NCBI GenBank assembly: GCA_004296805.1
Contig: SCVR01000015.1
Location: forward strand, 1 to 39,325
Direction: 5' to 3'
DNA: 39,325 bases
From: Dehalococcoidia bacterium
Lineage (GTDB): Bacteria; Chloroflexota; Dehalococcoidia; UBA2979
Below the pieces are notes generated by a model. The model was given only the letters and a program-made list of their open reading frames with translations, ran no database searches and was not told the origin of the DNA. The position numbers and the translations under genes were made by a program. The number at the start of each line of letters is the position of its first letter. Position 1 is the stretch's first letter. Of the stretch, positions 25,062 through 35,144 are shown piece after piece.

Positions 25062-25798
25062 CAGAACACCACCGACGTGGTGTTCCGCACGAACATCACC
25101 GCGAACACTGCGCTGGTGAACGTCCCGGAGGTGGCCACCCGGACGTAGCGGCGGACGGTGGCGTCACGTGCGCCCTCGAGCCGCTGGCTGGTGACCCCGG
25201 TGGCGGCGGTGAACGCGCCGCCGGTGATGGCCGCGAACGACGAATTGTCGGCCGAGTCCTGCAGGGTCACGGTCACTGAGGTGCCGGTGAACGAGAACAC
25301 GTGGAGGTAGGCCTGCCACCCGAACGCGGTCGACACGTCGGTGTGGTCCACGCCGGTGCCGTTGGTGGCGGTGGTGTCGGTCCTCTTCCCGGCGGTGAGC
25401 TGTCGGCCCCACTCGAGGCCGTACCCGTTGGCCTGCGCCGACGTGTTGAAGCTGAACGCCCCGTCGGCGGCGCGGGTGCCGTCGTAGTTGATCTGCTTCG
25501 CGACCATGGCGGCGGCCGGGTTCCCGAGGGTGGTGCCGCGGCAGTAGGTGAGGATCTGGTCCGTCGTCGGGAGGTCCTCGAGCCGGTCGTGGGCCTGGCC
25601 GGCCGACGGGTTGAACCACGAGCTGAACTCGATGCTGCCGTCCTTGCCCAGCAGCAACCGCTCGAACGCCGACTTGTCGATCCCGGTGACGTCGGTGACA
25701 CCGCGAGGGCCGGCGATGCTGGACAGGGACCCGATGTCCCCGGACACGTCGTAGCCGGCGATGTAGAGGTTGTCACCCAACCCGGACTGCTTGGCCAT
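25061..25798 (-). CDS. tail tube-like protein, long paralog with a C-terminal extension
   Basis: PRGVTDVTGIDKSAFERLLL; the N-terminal ~125 aa align by eye with 24195-24602. Confidence 0.75.
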   Translation of the reverse strand: MAKQSGLGDNLYIAGYDVSGDIGSLSSIAGPRGVTDVTGIDKSAFERLLLGKDGSIEFSSWFNPSAGQAHDRLEDLPTTDQILTYCRGTTLGNPAAAMVAKQINYDGTRAADGAFSFNTSAQANGYGLEWGRQLTAGKRTDTTATNGTGVDHTDVSTAFGWQAYLHVFSFTGTSVTVTLQDSADNSSFAAITGGAFTAATGVTSQRLEGARDATVRRYVRVATSGTFTSAVFAVMFVRNTTSVVF

Positions 25799-26262
25799 TA
25801 GGGCACCTGCTCCCAGACGTTGTTGAGGACGAGGGGGACCGTGAGGGTCATGACCCGAAAGAGCTTGTTGTCCTGCGACAGGTAGCCGGCCTCCGCCGCG
25901 AGGGTGGTGCCGAACTGGCCGAGGACGTCGACCTCAGCGACCAGGCCGCCGAGGGTGAAGTCCCCGCTGTACGCCGACATGAGCGCATCGACCGCGGCCA
26001 CGACGTTGGGGTCAATCGCGTCCTGCGGCTCCTGCAGCATGTTGGAGTACACGCGGAGGTTGACCAGCAGCAGCGCCGACGTCGCAGCGAGCCCCGACCG
26101 CCGCGCGATCGGTGCCAGCCGCTGCACCCACACAGCGGCGGTCAGGCCGTTCCCGGGGGCGTTCTTCGGTTCGTGGGTGTTGACGCGCTCGAAGTGGCCG
26201 GAGCTGGCGGCATGGGACTCGACGGCCGACAGGATCCCGACGGTGTCGATGGCTGCCATCAC
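25798..26262 (-). CDS. tail terminator / head-tail completion protein
   Basis: position, size (154 aa) and DFTLGG motif. Confidence 0.65.
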   Translation of the reverse strand: MMAAIDTVGILSAVESHAASSGHFERVNTHEPKNAPGNGLTAAVWVQRLAPIARRSGLAATSALLLVNLRVYSNMLQEPQDAIDPNVVAAVDALMSAYSGDFTLGGLVAEVDVLGQFGTTLAAEAGYLSQDNKLFRVMTLTVPLVLNNVWEQVP

Positions 26263-26678
26263 TCATCACCTCGTCGCACAGTGCCCTTGCCGTCGAACTT
26301 GAAGTGGCAAGTCGTGCACAGGCGAACGTAGTCGGCGGGGTCCACGCTGTACGGCTTCTGTCCGCTGTCGTGGCCGGGGCCGGTGTACGCCCACTCGTAC
26401 CGGGCGGCTGAGGTCGTCCCGCAGTGCTCGCAGCGAGAGGGAGTTCCCAGTGCAACGCGGACCCGATGGTGCGCGGCACCGTAGCCGACGTCGTCGCCCT
26501 TCAACGCCTGCACAGAGTTGCGAATCTTCGCGCGGGTCTGGTCGTCCCGGGTCTTGCCCTTCCAGGGCGTCGGGATGCGGGCATCCTCTGCTCGGGTCTT
26601 TCCTGCATTCCATGCTGGCCGGCCTCGCAGCTTGGCCTTCTGCTCTTCGGTCCACTTCTGGCCCTTGGGGTACGGCAT
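26259..26678 (-). CDS. HNH homing endonuclease with NUMOD3-like repeats
   Basis: KGQKWTEEQKAKL, KGKTRDDQTRAKI, CEHCG...YVRLCTTCH. Confidence 0.75.
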   Translation of the reverse strand: MPYPKGQKWTEEQKAKLRGRPAWNAGKTRAEDARIPTPWKGKTRDDQTRAKIRNSVQALKGDDVGYGAAHHRVRVALGTPSRCEHCGTTSAARYEWAYTGPGHDSGQKPYSVDPADYVRLCTTCHFKFDGKGTVRRGDE

Positions 26679-27070
26679 CAGCTGCCCCCCATTCGGTCCA
26701 GGTAGGGGCGGATCTTGCTCTCGGCTATGTCAGGCGCCCGGCCTTGCAGCCACTGCACGGTCTTCCGGAACACGGAGTACCCGCGGAATCGGGACTTCTG
26801 GTTCCGCGACGACACGCCCTCGAGCCACGGGCCGTAGACGACGCCGCCGTCGGTGATCGTGGCCTCGTTCTGGGCGAGGTCGGTCACCACGCTCGAGGAG
26901 TAGTGGCCGGTGGGGTTCTGCAGCACCTGGCCGAGCCGAGACTGGATCTCGTTGACGCCGGCCTGCGCGATCTCGCGGTTCGCCTCCTCGACGTACGCCG
27001 CCGCGGCAGCCGCTGCGCGGCCGTCGAACACGGGCCCCGTGGCGGTGGTCGTGACAGCGAGCTCGGTCAT
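26678..27070 (-). CDS. head-tail/neck protein (HK97 gp10-like)
   Basis: PTGHY...VYGPWLEG...FRGY pattern and position. Confidence 0.65.
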   Translation of the reverse strand: MTELAVTTTATGPVFDGRAAAAAAAYVEEANREIAQAGVNEIQSRLGQVLQNPTGHYSSSVVTDLAQNEATITDGGVVYGPWLEGVSSRNQKSRFRGYSVFRKTVQWLQGRAPDIAESKIRPYLDRMGGS

Positions 27071-27219
27071 GACGGCTTCACCTTCAGGAGGTGGATCGGG
27101 CCGTCGCAGGTCCGGCAGATCATGAACCCGTTCTTCAGGTAGCGGGGCTGCCTGCAGCCGCGGCAGTAGACGGCGCCGGGGTCGCCGATGGGGTAGGCGC
27201 TGTCGAGCGCCTCGGCCAT
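27067..27219 (-). CDS. small Zn-ribbon protein
   Basis: 50 aa MAEALDS...CRGC...CRTCD; coupled at both ends. Confidence 0.6.
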   Translation of the reverse strand: MAEALDSAYPIGDPGAVYCRGCRQPRYLKNGFMICRTCDGPIHLLKVKPS

Positions 27220-28262
27220 CACACTGCCGCCGTCCGTGAGCGGCGGCCGAACTGCCGGCGCACCTCGGTGCGGAGGCCCGGCAGGTCGGCGCCAGACGCC
27301 GCCCGCTCGGACTCCCCCGAGCCCACGCTGCGACCCCACCCGGCCTGCTCCTGCAGCAGTGTGTTGATGGCCTCCGCGATGCACAGCGTCCGGATGGGGC
27401 CCGGCACCACATGCCGGCTGATCGTCGCCCCTGTGGTGTGCGCGGCAAGCGTGGTGCCCAGCTGAGCCCGGTCGATGTCGATCCCGGTCAACGCGTAGAT
27501 GTCGGCGCCGCTGGTGTGCGCGGCGAGGACCGACCCGTCCCAGGCCCGCTTCACCGTGAGGTTGTTCCCGGCGATGTCGACCACCAGCATCCGCTCGGAC
27601 TCGACGAGCAGGATCTGGCCGACGAGGAACGCCGCGCCGTTGGTGACGGCGACCGTGACCCCGGAGACGGACGCGGCCAGGTCGGCCTGCAGGTTCTGGG
27701 TGGTGTCGACCATGGTCCGGTCGGTGACGATCACCCGTTCGTTGTCGATGGTGAGGATGTCGCCGATGCCGACGTTGCGGGTCCACGACACCGACGCCGT
27801 GTCGGTGGTGTCCGCGTCGAGGTTGGACGACAGCGACCCGACGGTCTCCGAGGTCGCCTGGTAGCCGAACACGCCGGCGATGGCGATGGCCCGCTGGTGG
27901 GTGTCCCCGGAGGAGAACGCCGCCGACGAGGCGAGGTCGATCTCGACGTGGGTGAACGGGGGCCCGGAGTTCGCCGGCTCGAGGAAGTAGTCGGTCGAGG
28001 CGATGGCCTCGCCGGCCACGGTCAGGGTGGTGACCGAGATCAGCTCGTCGGCGTTGAGCCACAGCCGCCACGGCCGCGAGCTGTTCCGGTCGGGCCAGTC
28101 GAAGTAGCGGGTCGCGGTCGTGGGGTAGAAGCGGCGGAGGGTCAGGGACTCGATGGCCCTCGACGCGGTCTCGATGGCCCGGTCGACCTGGGCGTTGCTC
28201 CGAGCGGTCTCGGCGCTGTCGAGGGCGCTCTTGACGTCCTCACGGGTGCAGTAAACAACCAC
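27219..28262 (-). CDS. head-to-tail adaptor with inserted domains
   Basis: YCTREDVK...IETASRAIE...RRFY N-terminus; 347 aa. Confidence 0.75.
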   Translation of the reverse strand: MVVYCTREDVKSALDSAETARSNAQVDRAIETASRAIESLTLRRFYPTTATRYFDWPDRNSSRPWRLWLNADELISVTTLTVAGEAIASTDYFLEPANSGPPFTHVEIDLASSAAFSSGDTHQRAIAIAGVFGYQATSETVGSLSSNLDADTTDTASVSWTRNVGIGDILTIDNERVIVTDRTMVDTTQNLQADLAASVSGVTVAVTNGAAFLVGQILLVESERMLVVDIAGNNLTVKRAWDGSVLAAHTSGADIYALTGIDIDRAQLGTTLAAHTTGATISRHVVPGPIRTLCIAEAINTLLQEQAGWGRSVGSGESERAASGADLPGLRTEVRRQFGRRSRTAAV

Positions 28263-28342
28263 CGCGCCGCCCTTCGCTCTCGCTTTCTGGAGCCAGCCGT
28301 ACCCCGGTGAAGATCGGGTGCGGCAGGTCGCGCTACATCTGC

Positions 28343-28373
28343 GAGTATACGCACAGGTGCACTTATCTGAGCG
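28343..28373 (-). promoter_or_regulatory. internal late promoter motif CGCTCA-N14-TGCGTATACTC
   Basis: same two blocks and spacing as at 35148-35178; lies in the intergenic gap; contains TATACT. Confidence 0.7.
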
Positions 28374-28382
28374 CAGGTTGCT

Positions 28383-29879
28383 TCAACGCATGGTGCCGAT
28401 GGCGGCCCGCTCGGTCGGGGCGACAACCTGGCCGGGCGAGGCGGCAGAGAGCTCGCCAGCGGAGCCGGTGGCCGTCCGCTGCGTGGGGTTCACGACCTGG
28501 CCTTCCGCGACCGGGGACAGTTCGCCGATCTGGCCGTTCGCGGGGCCCGCCGCGTCGCCGTCGGCGTCCTCGGCGGCAGCGATGACCAGGGCCAGCGCCG
28601 CGGTGGCCTGCAGGTTCGCGACGACAGCGAGCGCAGCAGCAGTAGCGGTGGCGGTCGCAGGAGCTGCAGCGACACCGCCGGCGGCACCGTTGACGACCGT
28701 CGACGCGGTCGCGCACTCGGCGTTGGCCGACACCGCGCCGCCACCGGCCTCGATGGTCGGGGCCTCCGCGGCCCCCGTGGCGGCAGCTGCGCCCGCGGCG
28801 GGCTGCACGCGGCCCGCAGGCTGCCCAGCTGCCCCCGCCCCGGTCGCCGTCGCGGCGGCCGGCTTCACGGCCGTCGAGGGCGTCTCAGCGGCGCCGGTGA
28901 CGGTGGCGCACTCGGCCGCCGCGTTCGTCATGATCGCCGTGGAGATCGTCGCGTCGAGTGCAGCGGCGGTGGCTGTGGCGGTGGCCGCGGTCGGCGCGAC
29001 TCGTGCCGCAGGCTGCTCGGCGGCGCCGGCGACGCCAGCGTTCCCCCCGGTCGGCTTCACTCCCACCGAGGGCTGCTGAGCTGCGCCGGTGATGGCCACG
29101 GCGCCACCGGTCGGCTTGACCGACGGCCCGGCCTGCTCGGCCGTACCGGTGGCGGCGACCGCGCCTCCCGTCGGCTTCACCGACGGTGCGGGGTCGTTCG
29201 CGGTGCCGGTGGCCGGCGAGTTCTCGGCCGAGGCGTTCGTCGCGGCTGAGGCCGGACGAAGCGCGATGACCGCCGCGTAGCCGCGGACCCCGGCCGAGCG
29301 GACGAAGTCGAAGTCGCCCGACGCCCCCGAGCTCGACCATGCCACGAGGTCCGCGACGCTGGTGTGGGGGCTGTTGGCGATGGAGTCGACCCGCTCGGCC
29401 CATGCGGCGGGGACGGTCGGCGGGGTCATGGTGCCGCTGGCCGAGTTGGAGACCGTGAACCCGACGAAGGTGACACCGGTCACCGAAGTCGTCTGGCCCG
29501 CGACGGTGTACGCCGTGACCGCGCCTATGGATGCCTCGGTCGCGGCGACGTCTATCGGGGTGGTGGTGTCGACGCCCCGGTAGGCGAGCAGGATCGCCCG
29601 GCAGGTGCCGGAGGTGTTGTTGGTGACGGTGAAGTTCCCGGACTCAGAGCCGGTCGCTTCCTTGTGGTAGATCGCGCCGCCGGGGGACTGGCTGGTCCCG
29701 GAGAGGCCGCCGATGACCTTGGTGAACCCGGTCTGGGCGCCAGGCTCCGTGGCAGGCCCGTTGACGACGACCAGGACGAGACGGTCTCCGGCTTGAAGTC
29801 CGGCGGGGTAGGGAGCGGCGGGGTCGGCGCCGGTCAACCCGACTGCGATCCCGCCGTCGGCGACGAACGTGATCGCCAC
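28383..29879 (-). CDS. Ala-rich repetitive virion/fibre protein
   Basis: N-terminal PAGLQAGDRLVLVV domain followed by ~19-aa repeats (PSVKPTGGAVAATGTAEQA). Confidence 0.75.
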   Translation of the reverse strand: MAITFVADGGIAVGLTGADPAAPYPAGLQAGDRLVLVVVNGPATEPGAQTGFTKVIGGLSGTSQSPGGAIYHKEATGSESGNFTVTNNTSGTCRAILLAYRGVDTTTPIDVAATEASIGAVTAYTVAGQTTSVTGVTFVGFTVSNSASGTMTPPTVPAAWAERVDSIANSPHTSVADLVAWSSSGASGDFDFVRSAGVRGYAAVIALRPASAATNASAENSPATGTANDPAPSVKPTGGAVAATGTAEQAGPSVKPTGGAVAITGAAQQPSVGVKPTGGNAGVAGAAEQPAARVAPTAATATATAAALDATISTAIMTNAAAECATVTGAAETPSTAVKPAAATATGAGAAGQPAGRVQPAAGAAAATGAAEAPTIEAGGGAVSANAECATASTVVNGAAGGVAAAPATATATAAALAVVANLQATAALALVIAAAEDADGDAAGPANGQIGELSPVAEGQVVNPTQRTATGSAGELSAASPGQVVAPTERAAIGTMR

Positions 29880-29888
29880 GACCGTCTC

Positions 29889-30902
29889 CTACTGCTGGGC
29901 CCGCGGGTCGGCCTTGGTGACGCGGAACGCCTCGAGGCGGTCCCCGGTCAGCACGAGGCCCTTGTCGCCGTTGTCGGAGTTGAACAGCAGCGCGGCCCAG
30001 ACCTGCGGCTCGGACAGGACGGCCTCGCCCATCTGGGCGATGTGCTCGGCGGTCCAGCCGTTGTACTCGCCGATCAGGATGGGCTTGTCGGCGTGACCCT
30101 GGGCCTCGAGCCACGCGACGAGCTTGGGGAGGCCGCGGGCGGGGCCGAGCTTCCACGTCGAGGGCTGGCCCTTGTTCCCCTGGGCGTAGATGTCCATGCC
30201 GGCGAAGTCCCAGGCCTCGAGGAGATCCGGCGCGCTGTAGGCCGCGAACGTCGAGACCTGGTTGTCGAGGAGCCACCCGTTCCAGAGCGGCCCGACGAAC
30301 ACCCGCTCGGCCCGGAAGATCGGCAGGAGCCGGCGGTGCAGGTTGCAGAACTGGGCGCCGGTGATGTCGGGGTTCGGCTCGTGCCAGAACGTCACCGCGA
30401 CCGGGACGTCGTACGCCTGGAGCCGGGCCGCGACCTGCTCGGCCACCCCGTCATAGGACCCGGCGACCGCGCCGGTGATGTTGCCGCCGACCTTGAACGA
30501 CAGGACCGGCATCATCCCGGCGTCGATGGCCTGCTCGGTCTCGGGCCGGCGGTGGTCGGCGCCCTTGGCGAGGTCGCAGAAGATCCGGCGCGCGGTGACC
30601 CCGGTCGGCCCGACCTCGGCGAGCCGGGTGGCCCACTCGGCGGCCGGGGCCGACATGCCGATCACCTTCCGGGTCGGCGTGGGGGTGGGTTCGTGGGTGG
30701 CCATGTGCGCGTCGTACTCGGCCCGGAGCGCCGCGAGCTGGCCACCGAGCTCGGCGCGCGCGGCCTCGCTCTCCTCGAGGGAGGTGTGCAGCGCCGCGAG
30801 CTCCGACGCCACCGCCTCGCGCTCGGCGGCGCGGCCCTCGGCCTCGCGTGCGTCGCCGTACGCGGTGGCCGCCGAGAGGACCTCGCCCAGGTCGACGGCC
30901 AT
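29889..30902 (-). CDS. coiled-coil plus GH26-like (clan GH-A) glycoside hydrolase
   Basis: FWHEPN, DFAGMDIY and KPILIGEYN motifs; ATG30902. Confidence 0.75.
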   Translation of the reverse strand: MAVDLGEVLSAATAYGDAREAEGRAAEREAVASELAALHTSLEESEAARAELGGQLAALRAEYDAHMATHEPTPTPTRKVIGMSAPAAEWATRLAEVGPTGVTARRIFCDLAKGADHRRPETEQAIDAGMMPVLSFKVGGNITGAVAGSYDGVAEQVAARLQAYDVPVAVTFWHEPNPDITGAQFCNLHRRLLPIFRAERVFVGPLWNGWLLDNQVSTFAAYSAPDLLEAWDFAGMDIYAQGNKGQPSTWKLGPARGLPKLVAWLEAQGHADKPILIGEYNGWTAEHIAQMGEAVLSEPQVWAALLFNSDNGDKGLVLTGDRLEAFRVTKADPRAQQ

Positions 30903-30903
30903 G

Positions 30904-31122
30904 TCAGGCCGGAGGATCGGCGGGGGTGTCGACGTTGCTGCCGGCGGTGAAGCCGAGCGCCACCCCCACGTACGCGTACACGGCGAGCGCGGTGGACAGA
31001 TCCACGCTGCCGAGGCTGTCGAGGCCGGCGACCTGGAGAGCACCGAGGACGAGTCCCACGACGGCGTACACGAGGTACAGGCCCTTGCGGACCTTCGGGG
31101 GGATGCTGGTCAGAGGGTTCAT
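30904..31122 (-). CDS. holin-like 2-TM protein
   Basis: IPPKVRKGLYLVYAVVGLVLGALQV...ALAVYAYVGVALGFTAGSNV. Confidence 0.7.
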   Translation of the reverse strand: MNPLTSIPPKVRKGLYLVYAVVGLVLGALQVAGLDSLGSVDLSTALAVYAYVGVALGFTAGSNVDTPADPPA

Positions 31123-31132
31123 GCTGTGCCTC

Positions 31133-31612
31133 CTAGAGGGTGAACCGGAGGATCCCGTTGGCGTGCCACACGATCGTGAACGTGCCGTCGGTCACCGAGT
31201 TCGTCCCGCCGAAGTAGTTGTAGCAGAGGCCCTGGTCGGCGACCGGGGTCGTGACGGTGTCGGAGTACACCAGGCACCCGTACACCGAGGCGAGGGTCGC
31301 CGAGCTCCCCGAGGCCGTGTCGGCGGCGTCGAGGAACACCGTGTCCGCGGTCGAGGAGTCGAGCGACACCGAGGTCAGCGCCACACCACCGGCCGCCCAC
31401 TCCGCACCGTCAGACACCTCGTTGCCGGTGATGACCCACTGGCCGGCGTTGTACGCGGTGTTGGCCGCGGTGACGTCGTTGTCGGGGGTGATGTCGTTGT
31501 CGTACAGCGCCGCCTTCAGCGTGTCCCCCGAGAGGTCCATGGCGAAGTTCGTGGTCCGGCCGAGGAAGTCGGCCAGGGTGGCGCGGAAGATCTTGCTGTT
31601 TGACCAGGCCAT
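31133..31612 (-). CDS. virion structural protein (fibre-associated type)
   Basis: DTLKAALY...NEVS...AGGVALT...GTFTIVW. Confidence 0.7.
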   Translation of the reverse strand: MAWSNSKIFRATLADFLGRTTNFAMDLSGDTLKAALYDNDITPDNDVTAANTAYNAGQWVITGNEVSDGAEWAAGGVALTSVSLDSSTADTVFLDAADTASGSSATLASVYGCLVYSDTVTTPVADQGLCYNYFGGTNSVTDGTFTIVWHANGILRFTL

Positions 31613-31616
31613 CGGG

Positions 31617-31937
31617 TCACTCCCTCTCAGACGTGGCGGTCGCGCATGGTGCCAGGACGGCGCAGTCCTGGCCGGTGTCCCGGGTGGTCACGACCGACAT
31701 CACCGGCCGGCCCTCGCCGTCCACGGCTGCCCGGTCGGCGCCGACGTAGTCCTCGCGCTCGCGGGCCTCGACCTTCGCCTTCGTCCCGGCCGCGACGAAC
31801 GGGGCGGTGAGGCCCCGCAGGCCGCGGCAGGAGTGAAACGGGGTGTGCGGCCGGGCCTCGCGGGTGACGTGCGTCGCCGAGCAGTTCGGGCACGTCCAGT
31901 GGTGCTCGGGCGCCAGGAGCACCCCGGGGAGGCTCAT
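31617..31937 (-). CDS. Zn-binding hypothetical protein
   Basis: ATG31937 overlaps the upstream stop; WTCPNC...FHSC. Confidence 0.7.
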   Translation of the reverse strand: MSLPGVLLAPEHHWTCPNCSATHVTREARPHTPFHSCRGLRGLTAPFVAAGTKAKVEAREREDYVGADRAAVDGEGRPVMSVVTTRDTGQDCAVLAPCATATSERE

Positions 31938-32113
31938 GTCATCCGCCCGTCGCGGGGCCACTGGTAGCCGTCGAACTCGCAGAAGAGGACCCCGCCCGGC
32001 CCTGTTGTGAGCGGCTCCCCGTCCCGGGGACACGCTTCGGGCGGCTGGGCTTCGCGGGCCCGGCGCTCTTCCGCGGCTTCGCGGGCGAAGTCGACGAGCT
32101 GCTCCCAGGCCAT
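31934..32113 (-). CDS. small Zn-ribbon protein
   Basis: MAWEQL...ACPRDGEPL...LFCEFDGYQW, with GAGGAG upstream. Confidence 0.7.
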   Translation of the reverse strand: MAWEQLVDFAREAAEERRAREAQPPEACPRDGEPLTTGPGGVLFCEFDGYQWPRDGRMT

Positions 32114-32307
32114 GGCTTCTCGCTCTCCTCGGCCGCCCCGGGGCCGGCCGTGTCGGACTCGACGACAACGCCGGGCAGGAGGACGCCGCCCCTCACCGAG
32201 GTGAGGGTGTCCGTCTGCCCGACGTCGGTGCCTGTGCACGTCGGACACATGTCGACCAGCCCGACCTGAAACTTGGTCGAGCAGGTGCGACAGGTCCAGC
32301 GAGTCAT
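31939..32307 (-). CDS. Zn-ribbon hypothetical protein whose 3' half overlaps the next gene
   Basis: MTRWTCRTC...CPTC from ATG32307 (TGATG overlap). Confidence 0.55.
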   Translation of the reverse strand: MTRWTCRTCSTKFQVGLVDMCPTCTGTDVGQTDTLTSVRGGVLLPGVVVESDTAGPGAAEESEKPWPGSSSSTSPAKPRKSAGPAKPSRPKRVPGTGSRSQQGRAGSSSASSTATSGPATGG

Positions 32308-32825
32308 CAGGCGTTGAGCTGCGCGAGGTTCTCCGGCGCCCGCTGGACCGTGAGGTCGTACGGGATCGCGATGACGGCGCCGGGGATGGTGCCGCCCGTG
32401 CCCGGGTCGGCGATGTCCACGCTGACCCACTCGCAGTCATCGGAGAGCTGGGTCGCGTCGACCTCGATGACGAGGATCGCCTGGTGTGCGGCGTAGGTCG
32501 CGCCGGCGAGGGTGACCTCGCTGGCCGCGGTCTGCGTCAGCTTGGTCCAGGTCTCGTCGCCGTCGAGGCTCGCCTCGTTCTTGATGTAGGCGGTCGTGAC
32601 GACGTCGAGGTCGCGGGAGGTGCCGCTGGTGGCGGCGGTGTGCTCCTTGACGTCGACGACGACGTCGTCGGTGCCGGCGGACGCGACGCCCTTCAGCACG
32701 ACGAACGCGACGCCGCCGCAGTTCTTCAGGTGGACCCGGTGGCCGGTGTTCGCGCCGGCTGCGAGGTCCGCGATGGGAGCCACGACGCTGCCGATGTCGA
32801 AGAGCCGGCCGAGTGCCTTGGTCAT
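32307..32825 (-). CDS. putative capsid decoration protein
   Basis: immediately follows the capsid gene; AAGGAAGG RBS; beta-rich, 172 aa. Confidence 0.6.
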   Translation of the reverse strand: MTKALGRLFDIGSVVAPIADLAAGANTGHRVHLKNCGGVAFVVLKGVASAGTDDVVVDVKEHTAATSGTSRDLDVVTTAYIKNEASLDGDETWTKLTQTAASEVTLAGATYAAHQAILVIEVDATQLSDDCEWVSVDIADPGTGGTIPGAVIAIPYDLTVQRAPENLAQLNA

Positions 32826-32869
32826 GATGTGCCTTCCTTGTGGGGGTTGATTGCCACTTCGGAGCAAGC

Positions 32870-32897
32870 CCCGGGCGGGGTGTCAATGCCGCCCGGG
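32870..32897 (-). terminator. GC-rich hairpin after the capsid gene
   Basis: CCCGGGCGG...CCGCCCGGG 9-bp stem; no U-tract. Confidence 0.45.
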
Positions 32898-32907
32898 ACC
32901 GGCAACG

Positions 32908-34229
32908 TCAGTCGGCGCCGAGCTCGACGAACGGGGACAGGGTCGCGCCGCCGTTGGCCGGGGTGATGGCCGAGTTCAGCCACGGCCGGCCGTCGACGCG
33001 CTCGATGATCCGAACGGCCGTCTGGTCGTTCTTGAACTTGTAGTGCGGCGAGGTCTCGATCTGCATGACCTGCCGGTCGCCGACCAGGTAGTAGCCGAAG
33101 TCGACGAACGACAGCTGGCCGGCGCTGCCCTTGGCGGGCATCTTCTCGGTGAAGATGACCGGCCGGCCGAGCAGCGTCATGGGGGGACCCTCGGCGAGGC
33201 CGTTGTTCAGCCACACCGCCGGCGAACCGGTGGACACCTCGAGGCGGGCCAGGTCGACGAACGTGTCGATCGACGCGATCCACACCGCGCGGCCCAGGGA
33301 GGCCGGCAGCATCCGCGAGTACATGCTCGCGACGTCGGCGAACTCGATGTCGTTCCCGGACGCGGTCGCGGTGACCGTGATCTTCGCGGCGGCGTTGCGG
33401 ACACCGAGGGGCTCGCCGACACCGGAGCCGGTGAGGAACGCGACGTCCTCGAAGAAGCTGATGGCCTCGGGCCACAGCTCCTCGATCAGCGCGGAGAACG
33501 ACCCGATCGCGTCCTGGAACAGCTCGTTCGGGACCTCGCTGTACCCGGTGAGCTTCTTCGCGTCGAGGACCACCCGGCCGAACTTCGCGGACGAGTCGGT
33601 CAGCGCGCCGGCCTCCTCGGTCCAGTAGCCGACCATGCCGCCGTACACGCTGGAGGCGTGCGAGGTGTCGTCGATCGTGGGGATCGGGACACGCAGCGAG
33701 TCCATGGGGATGACCCGCGCGCGGGAGCGGACGATGGACGACTCGAGCGCCACCGCGAGCAGCTCGGAACGGAGGGTCTCGGGGATGAGGAACCCGCCGT
33801 CGCTGGGGACGGTGGAGCCGAAGGCGTTGCGGACGGCGTGGATCTTGTCCTGCAGCTCGCCGGCGCCGGCGCCCTGCGACTTGTGCCAGATCGCCTGGAG
33901 GAACTCGCCGTGGTTCTTCACCAGCTTGTCGACGCCGGCGCCGGGGGCGTTGGCGTTGTAGATCTTCGACCGCTTCGCGGCGAGGCTGCCGACCGCGGAG
34001 TCGGGCGTCAGGTTGAGACGCTGGGTCGAGCCGTGGTCCTTCAGCCACTGGGCCAGGACCCGCTGGGTCTCTTCCTTGACCTGGGTGGCGACGTCGTTGT
34101 GGGCGTCGGCCTTGGCGTCGGCGTAGTCCTTGAGGAACTGGCCGAGCTTGCCGTTGTTGACCAGCTCGACGATCTTCGACTGGTCCTTCAGGGTCGCCTC
34201 GAGCTCGTCGAGCGACATGGTGGCAGTGG

Positions 34230-34233
<4 letters not shown>
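32908..34233 (-). CDS. major capsid protein (HK97 fold)
   Basis: SDGGFLIPE, YWTEEAG, L.AKKLTG, FLTGSG.GEPLG, TLLGRPV, F..DQTAVR...RVDG. Confidence 0.95.
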
Positions 34234-35117
<884 letters not shown>

Positions 35118-35144
35118 CACCCACGCCCCTTCCACGGCTACTAG

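Noticed and set aside
32870-32897. TTGACA in the post-capsid hairpin loop as a promoter
   Set aside because: No TANNNT at 16-18 nt spacing downstream
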